Assembly (NCBI GenBank): GCA_963693365.1
Contig: CAVNZM010000013.1
Span: 1,327,817-1,391,816, forward strand
Length of the DNA: 64,000 nt
Source: Amoebidium appalachense
Lineage: Eukaryota > Protista > Ichthyosporea
Direction: 5' to 3'
Under the pieces are notes generated by a model. The model searched no databases. It was not told the DNA's origin and was given only the letters and a program-made list of their open reading frames with translations. Shown here one piece after another: positions 1-39,490 of the stretch. The position numbers and the translations under genes are program-made. The stretch's first letter is position 1. Every line of letters starts with the position of its first letter.

Positions 1-76
1 ACGCTCTCTCTCTCACTGTTCTCACAGTGCGTGTGTGTGGATGCATGTGTTTTTGAGCGTGTGTGCCTGTGCATGT

Positions 77-155
<79 letters not shown>

Positions 156-225
156 ATGTATGCGTGTGTGCGTGTGTGCATGTGTGAGTGCCTTTTTCTT
201 TCTTTTCTTTTCTTTTCTTTTCCTT

Positions 226-260
<35 letters not shown>

Positions 261-290
261 TTGGGGGGAGAGGTTGGGTTTGCAACGAAC

Positions 291-25460
<25,170 letters not shown>

Positions 25461-25778
25461 GGTGCCTGCTGTCATCCTTCCTAATATTTGTAGAAAAGTT
25501 CTCTGTCTTTTCTCTCCAGCTACACAAATCTAATGTTTTTTTTTTTCCGTGTGTAAATAAAACGTGTTGGGAGGAATAATTGAACTTCTGAGGAAAAGGT
25601 GATGGACAAAAGAAGCAGCAGATTTTAGGCTACTATGTGGATGTGTGAACTTGTATGAATGAAACCAAATCTCCAACCTTATATCACCAGCTTTCCTTCA
25701 TTCAATACTCACGCCTGCAAAGCTGTGCGAAAAATGCACCACACTTTACTAAGTGAGGAACTAGTGAGGAACAACTCG

Positions 25779-25900
25779 GAAAAGCGCGGGACTTCACTCA
25801 GACTCTCTCTCGAAAGCGCGCCAAAATGAAGAATGGAAGGTATTGATTGGCTCTTCCACAGCGAGTTACCATTGGATGCCATAGTTGGCTCATGACGTCA
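25779..25900 (-). promoter_or_regulatory. Putative MSH6 promoter: E2F-like sites, two CCAAT boxes and a CRE
   Basis: On the minus strand: TTTTGGCGCGC at 25816-25826, a weaker TCCCGCGC at ~25784-25791, and CCAAT at 25846-25850 and 25871-25875. Palindromic TGACGTCA at 25893-25900. All lie 320-440 bp upstream of the ATG. Confidence 0.55.
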
Positions 25901-27017
25901 CGACTAAGGGAGAATCTGAGCTCGAAGATGACTCACTCAGTGAGGCTATGTCACTTCGTGAAGACCGTCACAGAAAATATGCTTTGAAAACTCTTTTGTG
26001 CATGACATTATCAATAAATATATAGCTATAAATTCTTTCTTTTTAGTCATAGCTATAAATTCTTTCTTTTTAGTCTATTTTGCCTTTTGTTGTTCCGTTC
26101 TGTTGGCGAATGGCCATACGATATCGTACACGCGCCCCACGTGCCTGCGCACACGTCACGGATCACATGTGCAGATCTGGCCCGGGAGTCTGGAGATGAC
26201 TGTTTTTTTGTGGGCCCAGCTAGGAAAAGACAGCATCAATTCTGTGGAGGTATATTCGTGACAATTATTTGAAACATTTCATGTATTTTGCTTTTGCGAA
26301 TTGACAATACAGTAGCTGTGCCTAGACTGAATGCCTGCGCCAGCTGACTGAACTGAGTTTTACCGAGGCAGCCAATCAGCTTGCTGCTTGTGTTTACAAT
26401 TTAGATAAGCCAATGAAAAATCGTTGATCCTTAGACTAAATTAGATGGGGTCCTATATGCATATGATTGAATCTTGCAAATTTATGTTGCATCTCAAATT
26501 CTTGATCCCTTTTTAATTCTCATTTCAAACGCTTGCTTACATATTTATATTTAGTTATCCTACTGTTATGACTAACTTTTTATTACAGATAACAAATTCA
26601 TCTGCTGCGCCGGCACATGACACATGGGAAAAAACTGTAGCGTAGAAGCCTTGGTTTAGAAGCCGCCCCTAAAAAGATTCTTTTTTTCTAGGCCTAGCAC
26701 ATTCAGATCAGATATGTTTCCCCCCACCCTGCAGACTTAGGAAACTACATTTGGAATTTTTCTAGCAATTTTCATTTGCTTACAAGCCTGACATGCATTC
26801 CCTTAGTCTATATATAAGATCAACGGCAAACACACACTTCCGCACAACACACATCACATACAAAACAAACACTGCTTTGTTAGCATTTGTGGTGCTTTGC
26901 ATCGAGCACCAGGGCTCGCTGCACTCTAAACACACATATACACACACAACGCATGTGCACGCAGCACACGCACACACATACATCTCTGATTTGTTACTAC
27001 AGATATAACACTCCAAA

Positions 27018-28787
27018 ATGGAGCCAAGTACGCCGTTAGCAAACGCTGAAAAGGAGGCCCCTCTGTCCTCTAAAAGTGCCATAGAGCCTGCGTCAACAAT
27101 GACGCGGCGTGCCATCTTTCACCGCGCAAGTCTAAACGGCCCCACCAGGCATGAGTTCATGCGTGCACGTGCAAGTGCTGCCTCCTGTGGCCCACGTCAG
27201 AGCATGCACACCATACCACGAGAAAACAACACCCGAGATTCCGTTAGGAGGACTCATAGTTTGCAAGTAAAAGCTAACGTTAACGTTGAACTCGGCGGAG
27301 AAACAAACGACAACAGAAATCCAAGGGATATCGAGGAAGGAAAAACGGAGCAAGAAGTTTCAGCAACAGCATACAGCGCCAGCTCAACGAATTCGAAGCC
27401 ACAACAGGAGCATGTGCGGTTAGACGTCGGGGAGCGGTTCAACTTCTACGACGCGGAACACCAAGAAGACAAGAGAATGAAGGCCCTCGCTCTTGGGACC
27501 CTCGCCGCCATCGGCGCCGTGTACGGAGACTTGGGTACGTCCCCGCTCTACACCTACAACACTATTCTCGCGGGCCCAACCGTCCCTACGGAGGACGAAA
27601 TCCTCGCCGGACTCAGCCTCATTTTTTGGGCTCTGACTCTAATCGTCACCATCAAGTATATGGTCTTCATTCTTCAGGCGGACCTGAATGGGGAGGGAGG
27701 AATCTTTGTCATATACCAACTTATAAAATCGGCTTCTTCGGCGGTGCCGCGGTTTATCTCGCGAGCTATGTTTGGCGTTTCGATTGTTGGTGTTGCCCTT
27801 CTTGCCGCCGACGGCGCTCTCACCCCGGCCATCACCGTTTTCACCGCAACTTCCGGTCTTACAGTTGAATTTCCGACCATTCCGCAGACCGCTATTGTCG
27901 GCGCGACGTGTGGGATTCTGGTGCTTCTTTTCTTAACGCAGCAGCTGGGGTCTTCAATACTCGGGAAGGTTTACGGGCCGGTGCTTCTCGTGTGGTTTGC
28001 GGTATTGTTTGGCTCCGGACTTTACAACGTTGTGCAGGACGCGACGATATTCCGTGCGCTCAACCCCGCCCATGCCATATGGGGATTGGGTCACACGTGG
28101 AGCGACGGGAACATTGGGTTCCTCAAACTCGGGGATGTACTTCTTGCACTCACAGGTATGGATTTTGGCTCGTGCACAACGTAATATGTAGGCCCACACT
28201 AGAAATGAGTACTACACTGGGTAAATAACATGGGGATTGAAAGAGAAAGACTGTGTGTGTGTGTGTGTGCGCGCGCGTGTGCAGTGTGTATGTTGTGTGT
28301 GTGTGTTTGTGTGTTTGTGTGTGTGTGTTTGGGTGTGTAGCTGTGGTTGAGTGTATGCGTTTGACGGCGCGCGTGTGTGTGTGTAGCTGTGTGTGTGTGT
28401 GTGTGATGTGATGGGTGTGCATGGTTATACCCTTTTTGCCCTTAGGAAAAAAAAGGGGGGGGGGGGGGGGGGGGGGGAGTTTAGACAAGGAAAAACAACA
28501 AAATCGTTGCATTGACACCGAACCTCTTTAGGTGCGGAGGCATGCTACGCAGACATTGGCCACTTTGGCAAAACGAGCGTGCGGATTGGCTGGCTATTTA
28601 TAGCATATCCCGCGCTGGTTATCCAATATCTCGGCCAGGGCGTGATGCTGCTGCAGACCCCATCTCTTGCAAACGACACGGCATTTTTCTACCACCAGTT
28701 GCCCGGGGGTTGGTTTTGGGTCTTGTTTGTGACGTCGTTTTTCGCGTCAATTTTCGCTTCTCAGGTATGATGCGCATGTTGGTGTTG

Positions 28788-28819
<32 letters not shown>

Positions 28820-30615
28820 AGGCATTTTTTGTGCGAGTTTTGCACACAAAACGCACGAAACCATGGACACATATACACACCCTGGGCCTATTCACATATG
28901 TTTACACATCTGGCACTTAGTTGAAACACAATGTGAACGTACAGGCGGGCGTGCGGGCGAGCACGCACACACACACTATACGCACCACACACAGAGGGGG
29001 GGGAGGGAGGGGGGAGGGAGGGGGGGGGGGGGGGGGGGGGGGGGGCAGAGGGAGTGGGAAGGGGGGAGGGGGGGAGGGGGAAGGGGAGATAACAGAGAGA
29101 GAGAAGAATGGGGGGCAAGGGGGGAGAGGGGGGGAGAGAGAACGAGGCGAGAGAGAATGGCAGCGAGAAGGGGAGGGAGTGGGGGGAAAGGGGGCGGAGC
29201 CTGGAGGGGGGGGGGGGGGGGGGGGGGGGGGGCTGATGGCATGCATGCAAATCCACGTGCACATGCAATTTACACAACAACACATACCAGTAAATGACAT
29301 ATGCGTGCTACAAAGATACAAAACGAGTTTGCACACAGAAATCCCCAACTACCATAGTTTCTAAACATTTTAATAACTTTTTTTACCTTTATCTAAACTT
29401 TTACCTCATTAAAATAGAATCGCCAGTGCACGGGTACACCACAGCTACGAGCGAAAATCTTACTGCAGCAACAGAGCCACAAATTCCCACCCAGCAGCAA
29501 CACTAACCTAATCTCTTTCCACACCTTAACAGGCAATGATCTCGGGTGCGTTTTCCACCCTCCACCAAGCAATCGCGCTCGACGCATTCCCACCTGTCGA
29601 CGTCCACCACACCAGCCGCAAGATGTATGGCCAAGTATACATCCCCAGCGTAAACTGGATCCTTATGATCATCACCATAGCAATGGTCGCTGGAACGCAG
29701 AGTTCCACTCTTCTCACCGCCGCGTACGGCGTGTCCGTGGCGGGGAGTTTCGTGTGCACGAGCATCGCGTACACATGCTATCTTGTGTACGTGCGCAAGT
29801 GCGCGTGGTACGTGTGGCCTCTTTTCCCCGCCGTTTTCCTCACGCTTGACATGATGCTTTTCGCCGGAACAATTTCCAAAGTCGCGACTGGCGGGTACAT
29901 CACTCTTACCATCGCTTTTGTCCTACTTTTGATTATGGTTGTTTGGCACCAAGGGCGGGTGGACGACCGGAAAGCGGAACTCAGCGCTCTAGGCATTGCC
30001 GCCGAAGAGGTCGCGCACACCGTCGAGACGACAGACTCAAAAGTTTTGGGCCAAACCGTCACCGTAACGACGCGCCTTAACGCTACCATTTCCGCTCTCG
30101 AGAGCATGATCGGGTCAAAGGGTGTCGGCCGGCCCGCGGGCGTCGGCGTGTTTCTCACCCGCGGGCTTCAGGGGATTCCGGACACCCTCATACGTTATCA
30201 GGCGATTACGGGAACACTCCCAGAGACTGTTATTCTTCTCACGATGCGCCCCGTACACGTCCCGTTCGTCGCCCCCGCCGACAAATACCACGTCGGTTCG
30301 TACGGCCGCGGCGTGTATCGTGTCGTCGTTACGGTGGGGTTCGCGGAGCCGAAACCTTATGTGGATGAGTGTTTGAGGGAGTGTCAGGTGTGGGTTCCTG
30401 ATATGGTTCCTGTGTTGGACGGGAAAACGGTGACCTACTATATGGGCTATCGTACGTTCGTCGTTCCGGATAGCGTGCCGTGGGTTGTGCGGGTGGTGAG
30501 GAAAACGCACCTGGCGCTGTATGATGCGATCAAGAGGCTTCTCCCTGGATATTCGCGGATGCTGCTTGCCCCGGCCAATTTTATGGTTATCAGCACGGTG
30601 TCGCAAGCTCAGTAA
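27018..30615 (+). CDS. KUP/HAK/KT family potassium transporter, 3 exons (27018-28155, 28532-28764, 29533-30615), ~817 aa
   Basis: Family motifs GAVYGDLGTSPLY, KY..ADLNGEGG, DGALTPAI, TG/AEACYADIGHFG (spanning intron 1), SQ/AMISGAFS (spanning intron 2), GQVYIPSVNW and AYG. Exon lengths sum to 2454 nt in frame. Confidence 0.95.
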
Positions 30616-32331
30616 GTTAATGGTGGTGGGATCATGTTTTTTAGGGCAAAAGAACTTCCGAGTTGACGACGTGCAACATCTTTTCAATGATTTAGAGTAG
30701 ATCAGTAGTTTTAACGTTTCTCTTTTTTGTAGGCACTGCGGGTGACAGCGGGTCGTGGCAAGGAGAAAGGTTCACATGGGGAGCGAGAGGGAGGGGGAGT
30801 GTCGGGGTGGAGGATGAGGGGGGGGGGGAGGAGGGAGGAAGTGGGGAAGAGGGGGGGGGGGGGTTTGGACCTGGGGGGGGGGGGGGGGGGGGGGGGGCTG
30901 AGGTTTTCGAGGTAATTCGTATTCTTAAGTTCGAGTGTAGCACAAACACTGAATGCGCGTAATTATAAGTTCATGCATAGAAACATGCCACACATTTGTG
31001 ATTGATGCCTGAGTTAAAACACAGAGTTAAATACAAAATCTTGTGGCAGGCTGCTGGTCAGCGCCAACGTACACTCTTTTCTCTCTTTAGCCCAGTTCTC
31101 GCTTTCTTTTCTGCCAATTTTTTGCCGTAGTTGTTTTTTTTTTTTTTTTTTTTTTTTTTTTTGGTTCTCTGTGTTTTGGGGGGGGGGGGGGGGGGGGGGG
31201 GGAGGGGGGGGGGGAGGGGGGAAACTTCGGTTTTTGCGGTAAGGACTATGCCGCAGTTGTAGCTAGCCCTGTAAGTGTGTAACTTCTGCAAATCAATGCA
31301 AGGAAGCCTGCCACACATCATTGCCTGAATCAAAACCCAAAATGAAATACAAAATCTTGTGGCCGACTGCCGGTCACCGCCAGCACTTTCTACCCAGCCC
31401 AGTTCTCGTTTGGACGGAGAAAAAAAACCTTTACGCTTAATTCAAGTTCTTTTTTGCGTTCTTTTTTTTTTTCTTTTCGGGGCCGGGGGACCGGGGGGGG
31501 GGGGGGGGGTAGGGAGGGAGGGAGGGGAGGATACAGGGAGGAGGGCACGGGAAGGCGGAGGAGGGGGTGCGTGTGTGGCGGGGAGGGAGGAGGGGGGGGG
31601 GGGGGGGAGGGGGGAGGCGGGGGGCATAGATGGGCCCAAAAACGAAGAAAGGAAGAGAGGGTGTACACAATTGTGACGGGGGGGGGGGGGGGGGAGGACC
31701 GGGGGGGGGGGGGGGGGGGGGGGAGAGGAGGGGTGGGTGGACTGGTGGTGATGCAGGAGCAGGGGAACCGGAAGGGTGAAGGGGAAGGGGGTTAGGGAGG
31801 GAGGGGCGGGGGGATACAGGGAGGGGGACACGGGAAGGAGGGAGCTCGAAGAGGGGGGGAGGGGGAGGGGGGGGGGAAGGGGAGGAATAGGAGAGGCGGG
31901 GGTGATAGACTGGCCGAAAATTGGAAAAGGGAAGACGGGATGTGACGCGGGGGGGGGGGGGGGGGGGGGGTTAGGACTGGTGGGAGGGTGATGCAGGAGC
32001 CTGGTAGGAGGGGGGGAACGGGAGGGGGTGAAAGAGAGGGGGAAGGTGGGGCAAGGGGGGGAGAAAGGGGGGGGGGGGGGGGGGGGGGGGGGGGGAAGGG
32101 GGTATGTAATGATGCCCGAGTGCTTCAAATTCTGAGACTCCCCAAGTTCAAACTGAGGATATACGTTAGGAGAGCAAGTTTTGTCCGCTCTCAACCTGCT
32201 ATATACATACTGTTCGTTTTATCAAAGAACTACGCAGGAGATTCAAATCAAAATTTAAACCTAAATTTTATAATATAATCACACTATTGTGATCTGAGGT
32301 GCTATTCGTAATGTTCCATAGTGTGTTACCT

Positions 32332-32408
32332 ATTCACAAGGGACAGTCCTAAAGATTTTTTGGACTGCCATTCACAAGGGACAGTCCTAAAGAGTTTTTG
32401 GACTGCCA
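32332..32408. repeat. 38-bp tandem duplication containing a hairpin
   Basis: ATTCACAAGGGACAGTCCTAAAGA.TTTTTGGACTGCC x2, with a CAGTCC/GGACTG stem. Confidence 0.85.
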
Positions 32409-32728
32409 AACAACATGTCTTATGTTGCTCAGTACAATAATGATGAAATTAGGATAATCTTACCAAATTAACTTAAAATATAATAGTTCACATGTACACG
32501 GGTTGGTTAAACTAAACTAACTCTAGTTCACGCGAGCATATTCATACGGCACCTGAAGATACGAATGCTGTGCTATTTACATTTACACGTGGTGCATTAA
32601 CAAATCCAATCATAGATAGGAAAGACTATGTACCACTAGTACGGTACCGTTTTATCGATCCCATAGCCTTTGGTAAGAGTTTTGAGTCATAGTAATGAAA
32701 CTCACATTGGGCTATATGGAAAAGGTAC

Positions 32729-32799
<71 letters not shown>

Positions 32800-32845
32800 G
32801 TGTGCGTGTGTGTGTGCGCGTGTGTGCGTGTGTGTGTGCGCGCGC

Positions 32846-32876
<31 letters not shown>

Positions 32877-32896
32877 CGCGTGTGTGTGTGTGTGCG

Positions 32897-32947
<51 letters not shown>

Positions 32948-33323
32948 GTGTGTGTGTCGGTAGCGCTAGAGGTTTTCATTCAACACGTGCCAGTGACAAA
33001 TACATACACGGCAAGAAACAGAGCAAAAAAAAAGCACAAAGAAGGACAATGGAGGAATTCAATTAACCATGTTTCACACCAATCGAATGTGGAAGCAAAA
33101 CGCCGAATCTGCTGTACCTGTGCAACAGCAAAAACGAGAATGAGCTCAAGTTGTAAACCGAAAGTTAGTGGCTGAGAGAACCTTAGTGAATGACAAGGGA
33201 GGGAAAAAAAAAAAGAAAAAGAAAAAAAGAAGGCTCCGAGAGATTGAGTGGCAAGGGGGAAAAAAAAACCACCCAATGCTTCAAGTTCTTCGTGTTTGCA
33301 TTTCCCTTTTTTAGTTTTCTTAC

Positions 33324-33372
<49 letters not shown>

Positions 33373-33845
33373 ACCCCCTCTTCCCCCCTCCCATTGTCTT
33401 CCGGGCAAAAACACACACACAGAGAGAGAGAGGCACAGTAAACAATACACGCACACAGCCTCCGCACACATACTCACACATGTTGAGATATCTACACCGA
33501 AGCACACAGTCTCAAGTATTGCATTTCAACAACCAAACCCCCCAAAAAAAGGTATAGCCTCGAGTTTGTTTAGACTCCCCCCCCCACCCCCCCACCCACC
33601 CACCCATTCCCCCACCACCACCCACCCACCCACCCACCCACACACACACACACAGACACACACGCACACATACGCAAACGCGCACACAAATACGCACACA
33701 CTCTCTCCCCTCATCCCTCTCTGAACTTCCCTTCCCCCGTCCCCCTCATTCCCAAACACCGGTCCCTCCTGGTCTCCTTGCACCAGGTTACAACCCCCCC
33801 CCCCCCCCCCCCCCCCCGTATTTCCCTTATGGTAGTGCACAAATT

Positions 33846-33965
<120 letters not shown>

Positions 33966-33984
33966 TCACTCACTCACCGTTTCC

Positions 33985-34022
<38 letters not shown>

Positions 34023-34079
34023 CAAAAAAAAAAAAAAAAAAAAAAAAAAACACAACAATGACACCTACCTAGCACTCAA

Positions 34080-35810
34080 TCATGCGTCGTGCGCATGCTC
34101 CCCATCAGCCACTCCCATCGTCACCAGGCCCGCACTTGAGGGCTCTCCCTCATGCGCGCGCACCACCGCGGTCTGTGGTTTCGTCCGTGAAAGGAAATAC
34201 GCCAACTGCCCGGCAGAGAGGAATGTTGGCGCGTGTAGCTGAGGGAGTTTCGCCGGGTCCCATTTGGCCTGTATTGCTTGTGTAAAAAACTGGTCTAACG
34301 TTTGCAATGAAACTACCATGCGCGCAATGGACGACCAGCCAATAGCCCCGGAGATAAGGTGGCTCGGGTCTACATATGAGATGAGAATCAAAAGGGAATA
34401 CACGAAAAGGGCAACCACACAGAACCGGAGGTTGCAGAAGAAGTCGTTGAACTGGAGGGATGCAGCCCGTGCCTGGAAGAGATAGTAAAAAACGAATGCA
34501 TCGGCTAGTAGTCCAAAAGCAACGGAACCCGAGGCGCCGTAACGTAAACCCCGCGGGTGGTATGTGTCGACAAAGTACCAAACGAAATGCGTGCTTATGC
34601 CGACAACGTAAAACAGAACAGTCAGCCCGGCGGTGAATTTCAAGGGGGATACGTGCATGCGCTTTCCTGTGGCCACTATCTTTTGCGTAAAAACTTGGGC
34701 GATGAGGCGTTGGCGCATGCACAGAACGGCAAAGAAGAGCGAAATGGCAAAAACCTCCATGTTGAATACAATCAGAAGAATTCTAGCCATGTGTTGGGTC
34801 TCCCTTTGAAGGACACTCGATTGCGTGTAGTCCACATCCGTAGGGAAGCCGTCAAAGCGCAACAGGCACGCCATTGACACGAAAAAAGTGACAATGTACA
34901 CGTATATCGCCGAGCCGAACACGAGCGTAAGGTACAGCATGCCGCGAGATTTAACAACGGGGTGCTTGCGTTGGTAGTAAACCATTGAAGCGAGGGCGAG
35001 AAGTACCACAAGCCCTGCCCCCGCGTAGCTGATTTCGTACAGGAAAACTCGTGCGCCATAACCCTTTTGAGTATTGATTGTGTTGACAAACGAAGCGGCT
35101 TCATGCTCGACATTTTCTCGCAGCAGCGAAATGTCGGTTGCGTTCATTGGTGGTTGTGCAAGGAGTGAATTTTCGTATTGTTCCTGTTGTGCTGATAATA
35201 CCTCGGCATGAAACATGATGACATGGAACGGTGCACGCGATGAAACCATGGTACAGATCCACAGAAACGAAGCCTCAGCACCTAGTGCAAGAAGTGCGGC
35301 AATGAAATGGGCGAAGAATGTCTGCCGGAGGTACTTCCGCAACTTCTCCTTCCTCTTCGAGTTGTATGATTTTCGTGCCCAAGTCGCCCCATGTTCCTTT
35401 TGCTGCGACCCACCTGCCCGTTCCTTTGCCACCAATTCAAGATGCATGGGCTGTGTGGTAGGCCCGGAGTTTTCATCGTCTATACACCTCGCTATGGGAT
35501 TAAATTTTGCTGGTTTTTGAGCAACACATGTGGCACTGTACATAGTACCATTACACGTGCATGTGCCCACATGTGTAGAATTCGCAGATCCTTTCCGGCT
35601 GTGGTCCGTCTTCGGTTGGAAACTTTCCGTTGGGCAAATGTCGAAGGTGACACGAGGCACATCTTTGATAATCTTTACCCCGCTACTAGTTTCATGTGGT
35701 TTATCTTGTCTATGTGTATGTGTGTTTGTGTTTGTTTGTGCACCTACTCTTGCTTGTATCATACCGTCTCTGCCTGGACGTGGGTTACTGAGTCTGGGTG
35801 GGTTCTGCAT
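34080..35810 (-). CDS. Intronless multi-pass membrane protein, class C GPCR-like (paralog A)
   Basis: About 8 hydrophobic segments. YYQRKHPVVKSRGMLYL resembles the intracellular-loop-1 R..PVIK.RS pattern of class C-like GPCRs. The TM region is highly similar to 55232-57043. First in-frame ATG at 35810. Confidence 0.7.
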   Translation of the reverse strand: MQNPPRLSNPRPGRDGMIQARVGAQTNTNTHTHRQDKPHETSSGVKIIKDVPRVTFDICPTESFQPKTDHSRKGSANSTHVGTCTCNGTMYSATCVAQKPAKFNPIARCIDDENSGPTTQPMHLELVAKERAGGSQQKEHGATWARKSYNSKRKEKLRKYLRQTFFAHFIAALLALGAEASFLWICTMVSSRAPFHVIMFHAEVLSAQQEQYENSLLAQPPMNATDISLLRENVEHEAASFVNTINTQKGYGARVFLYEISYAGAGLVVLLALASMVYYQRKHPVVKSRGMLYLTLVFGSAIYVYIVTFFVSMACLLRFDGFPTDVDYTQSSVLQRETQHMARILLIVFNMEVFAISLFFAVLCMRQRLIAQVFTQKIVATGKRMHVSPLKFTAGLTVLFYVVGISTHFVWYFVDTYHPRGLRYGASGSVAFGLLADAFVFYYLFQARAASLQFNDFFCNLRFCVVALFVYSLLILISYVDPSHLISGAIGWSSIARMVVSLQTLDQFFTQAIQAKWDPAKLPQLHAPTFLSAGQLAYFLSRTKPQTAVVRAHEGEPSSAGLVTMGVADGEHAHDA

Positions 35811-37103
35811 TCTGACTGACACACTCGGAGATGGTTACTTGCATGTTAAATTTGGCAGGTGATACATGCATGTCTGTAGCTCGAGGTGTGGCGGTGTGAT
35901 GTTTAGAAAAGAACAAATCATGTTAAACGCATAATGGCAGGTCTCAGTCGACGTCAGGCCAACTGAAAGGTGCTGGTGGGTTAAAACTTTCCCGTTTAAA
36001 CGTTTCGTATAACTGCTCAGCCTTTGTATACGTAGCCTGCAAAAAAAAAAAATCCGATCTTCGGAAATCGTAGAGCATTTATGTATCCCATGCTCCTCTC
36101 CCGCCAACGTAAGGTAAGCTTGTTGTGGGGCTGCGAAAGCTGTGGGTAGTGTAATAGTGATGTGCTTTGTGTGCTAACTTTGTGGCAAAAAAACGAAAAG
36201 TACGTACGTAATGTACGTATATATATATATATATATACATGATATACATACTACGTACACAGGTACCTGCTTTCTCCTATTAAACAATGCATTCCTTTCT
36301 TTTGTCACACAACCATAGACGTGTGACCGGGTACTCATGATCATTATGTACAGCGTGTGCAGTGATCATGAGCAGTTGGCCACTGGCAAAGAGAAAAAAA
36401 AGGAAAAAAAAACATATGTATACGCGCTTTGAGCAGATAATCGCTGCCGACCCTAAAGGACACGTGTCCCCCGATACCTCAGCTCAATTGAAATTCTACA
36501 CCCCAAAAACCATTGGGACGTGTTAACCATATATTCCTTCAGGGACTATATACGGTTAGTACCATACACCGCTCAAATAGAACACAATTCTTTCTTTTTT
36601 TTTTTAACCGTTTGAGCGAATCAATTACAGAATACATAAACCCCGTTTTAATGACCTGCACACGCCCCAGAAAAAAGGGTTTCGGGAGATTAGAGTGGTG
36701 CGATATGGACGAATCACAACCCTGCGTCGCACAAAAAAGCTGAAACAACAGTTGAATTTCGATATGATTACGTAACCTCGAACTCCGGCATGGGTTTACA
36801 CACTTCTTATTTTTTTTGCAATTTGTTACCGTCAGACCGTTGACTCATCTGAGCTGATCGATATCCGGGATTCCGATACCGAGCCTCGTATTACCTTTTT
36901 AGTTTTATTTGTAGCTACAGTAGAGTCACGGTAGCTGAACCTAAATTTGCCGCAGGGTAACACACACGTGTCTCTATGGCAGGCTCGAAGTCTCAGTGTG
37001 CCACCACAGTCAAATACTCTCGTGTTTCAAGTTGGCTGCCTGTGAGCTGGGCAGCCAAAGAAATAGTCGGCTTTGCTCTCAGAGTTTTGGACAGTGGAAT
37101 TAA

Positions 37104-37135
<32 letters not shown>

Positions 37136-37348
37136 GGGGGGGGGGGGGGGGGGTTGCCTTGTTACAATTCTAGAATTCTGAACAGGACTGTCGTGTCTTT
37201 TTGCCTGCACTTTCCATTCAATTTACAGTAGTTTATTTATAAAACATCCCAAGCAGTGGTTATGCCAAGATCGCTTTTAACGTTTTGCCTCTAAATATAC
37301 GGTTTGTTCTCAAACTTTTCTAAGGCTTGTTTTCAGAAACACATATTC

Positions 37349-37414
<66 letters not shown>

Positions 37415-37478
37415 GGCATGTACACACACACGCACGCACGCACGCACGCGCGCGCGCGCGCACACACACACACACACA

Positions 37479-37509
<31 letters not shown>

Positions 37510-37535
37510 GCGCGCGCACACACGCACGCACGCGC

Positions 37536-37582
<47 letters not shown>

Positions 37583-37811
37583 TATACACACACACGCACG
37601 CACCCACACACACACACATGATACACACACATTCACTCAGTGACACCGTGACTCACTCACTCACACTCACAGTCGAACACCATTGCATATAAACACATAC
37701 ACGTGCACACACACGTACGTGCAAAAACCATCTTGTATATGCGTACAATTATTAGTAGAGTGTACACAAGTGTGAATCACACACATACACTGTTACCCTC
37801 CCTCACCCGCG

Positions 37812-37854
<43 letters not shown>

Positions 37855-37865
37855 CCTTACGCAAC

Positions 37866-37906
<41 letters not shown>

Positions 37907-38286
37907 ACACACACACGCACGCGCGCGCCACATGCACGCACACACACACGCACGCACACATGCACGCATGCACGCACGCACACACATACATAAACATACA
38001 CACGTGTGCACACACACGCACACACACACATACATACACGCCACACAAACACACACAGACACACACACACAGAGAGAGAGACAGACAAACACACACACGT
38101 GTACACACACACACACAGCTGAACTCACACACACAGAGACCCACACACGCAAACTGTAAACTGTAGCGACAAGGTTTCGAGTGTACAAAAAAAAAAAAAA
38201 AAAAAAAAAAGATTCATCTGCTCTACCTGTTCTTTGCCATGGTGTTAGTGGCACGCAATTTTTTTATATATATTTTTTTTTTTGGT

Positions 38287-38319
<33 letters not shown>

Positions 38320-39418
38320 TGCACGCGCGCACGCACACACTCACTACGAATACAAACTACACGTAGCATTACATGTGTGCCAAAAAAGTCCAAGTGCACG
38401 CTAAGGTTGCAGGTGTGTGTGTGTTATTATAATCAAATTCCTGCGCCGGCGCCAGGGATAAAAACCATTAACAATAGAACTGCCAGTAACAAACTCGAGT
38501 AAAAAACTTTATTATCGACATATTCCTACTTTTTTTTTTGTTTTGTTTTCTAGAAACTGTTTTTTTGGCATGCAAAAAGTTCCCCCCATAATTTCTATAT
38601 TTGTCTAATCGTGCAAAAATTATTGGTCCAGACAATACATTTTTTTGAGGTTGCGATACTACCTTTTTTTTTTCTTTTTCTTTTTTCAGTTTTATAGAAA
38701 ATACAACCAGAAATTCAGTGGCGTTTAGGGGTTCCAAGCATGTATATGTATCTGATTCATTTACCGCCGTTGGAAACGAGAAGGCTTAAGATAGAAGAGA
38801 GTTAAAAAAACCAAAGGGTCTTAAAGGAAAGAGAAAAAGTTTTGAAGGAAAGAGGGAGAAAAAAAATTGAAAAAAATTATATATTTTCATGTCAACAGAA
38901 ACCCCCAACAACAACAACAACAAAAAATCTGCCGTACAGTCTCAATAATTCGCATAAAAGCAAAAAAAAAAAAAAAAAAAAAAAAAAGTGATTTCTACTT
39001 TCTTTTCCGATATGGTTTTGTGTGTTTGGGTTAAAATGCATGCGTACTGTTGGACTTGTGATCGTATATGATCACATCACAATCATTATGTACATATCGG
39101 ATAGGTCAATAATAAACAGCCCGGCCAATGCCCGCCAATGGGCGAAGAAAACCAGGAAAGTCAAAATCACGCATACGGTCTGGAAGACATGCACCAAACA
39201 ATCTCAAACCAATGTTGATGATAACAATAATACTGATAATAATCATAATAACTTATAGCAGTAAGTTAAAAACAAGTTAAAAAGGTATAAAAAGAAAAAG
39301 TGGAAAAATTAAAAAGTAAGCGAGTAATAAAAAAATAGTATTCGTATCCACCTATTATCATCGTCAGTAACAAGTCATAAAAAACAAGTTCACCCTTACA
39401 TCGATAACAACCAGCACA

Positions 39419-39452
<34 letters not shown>

Positions 39453-39490
39453 CCCTTTCCCCCCCCCCTCCGCCCCTCCCTCCCCGAATA

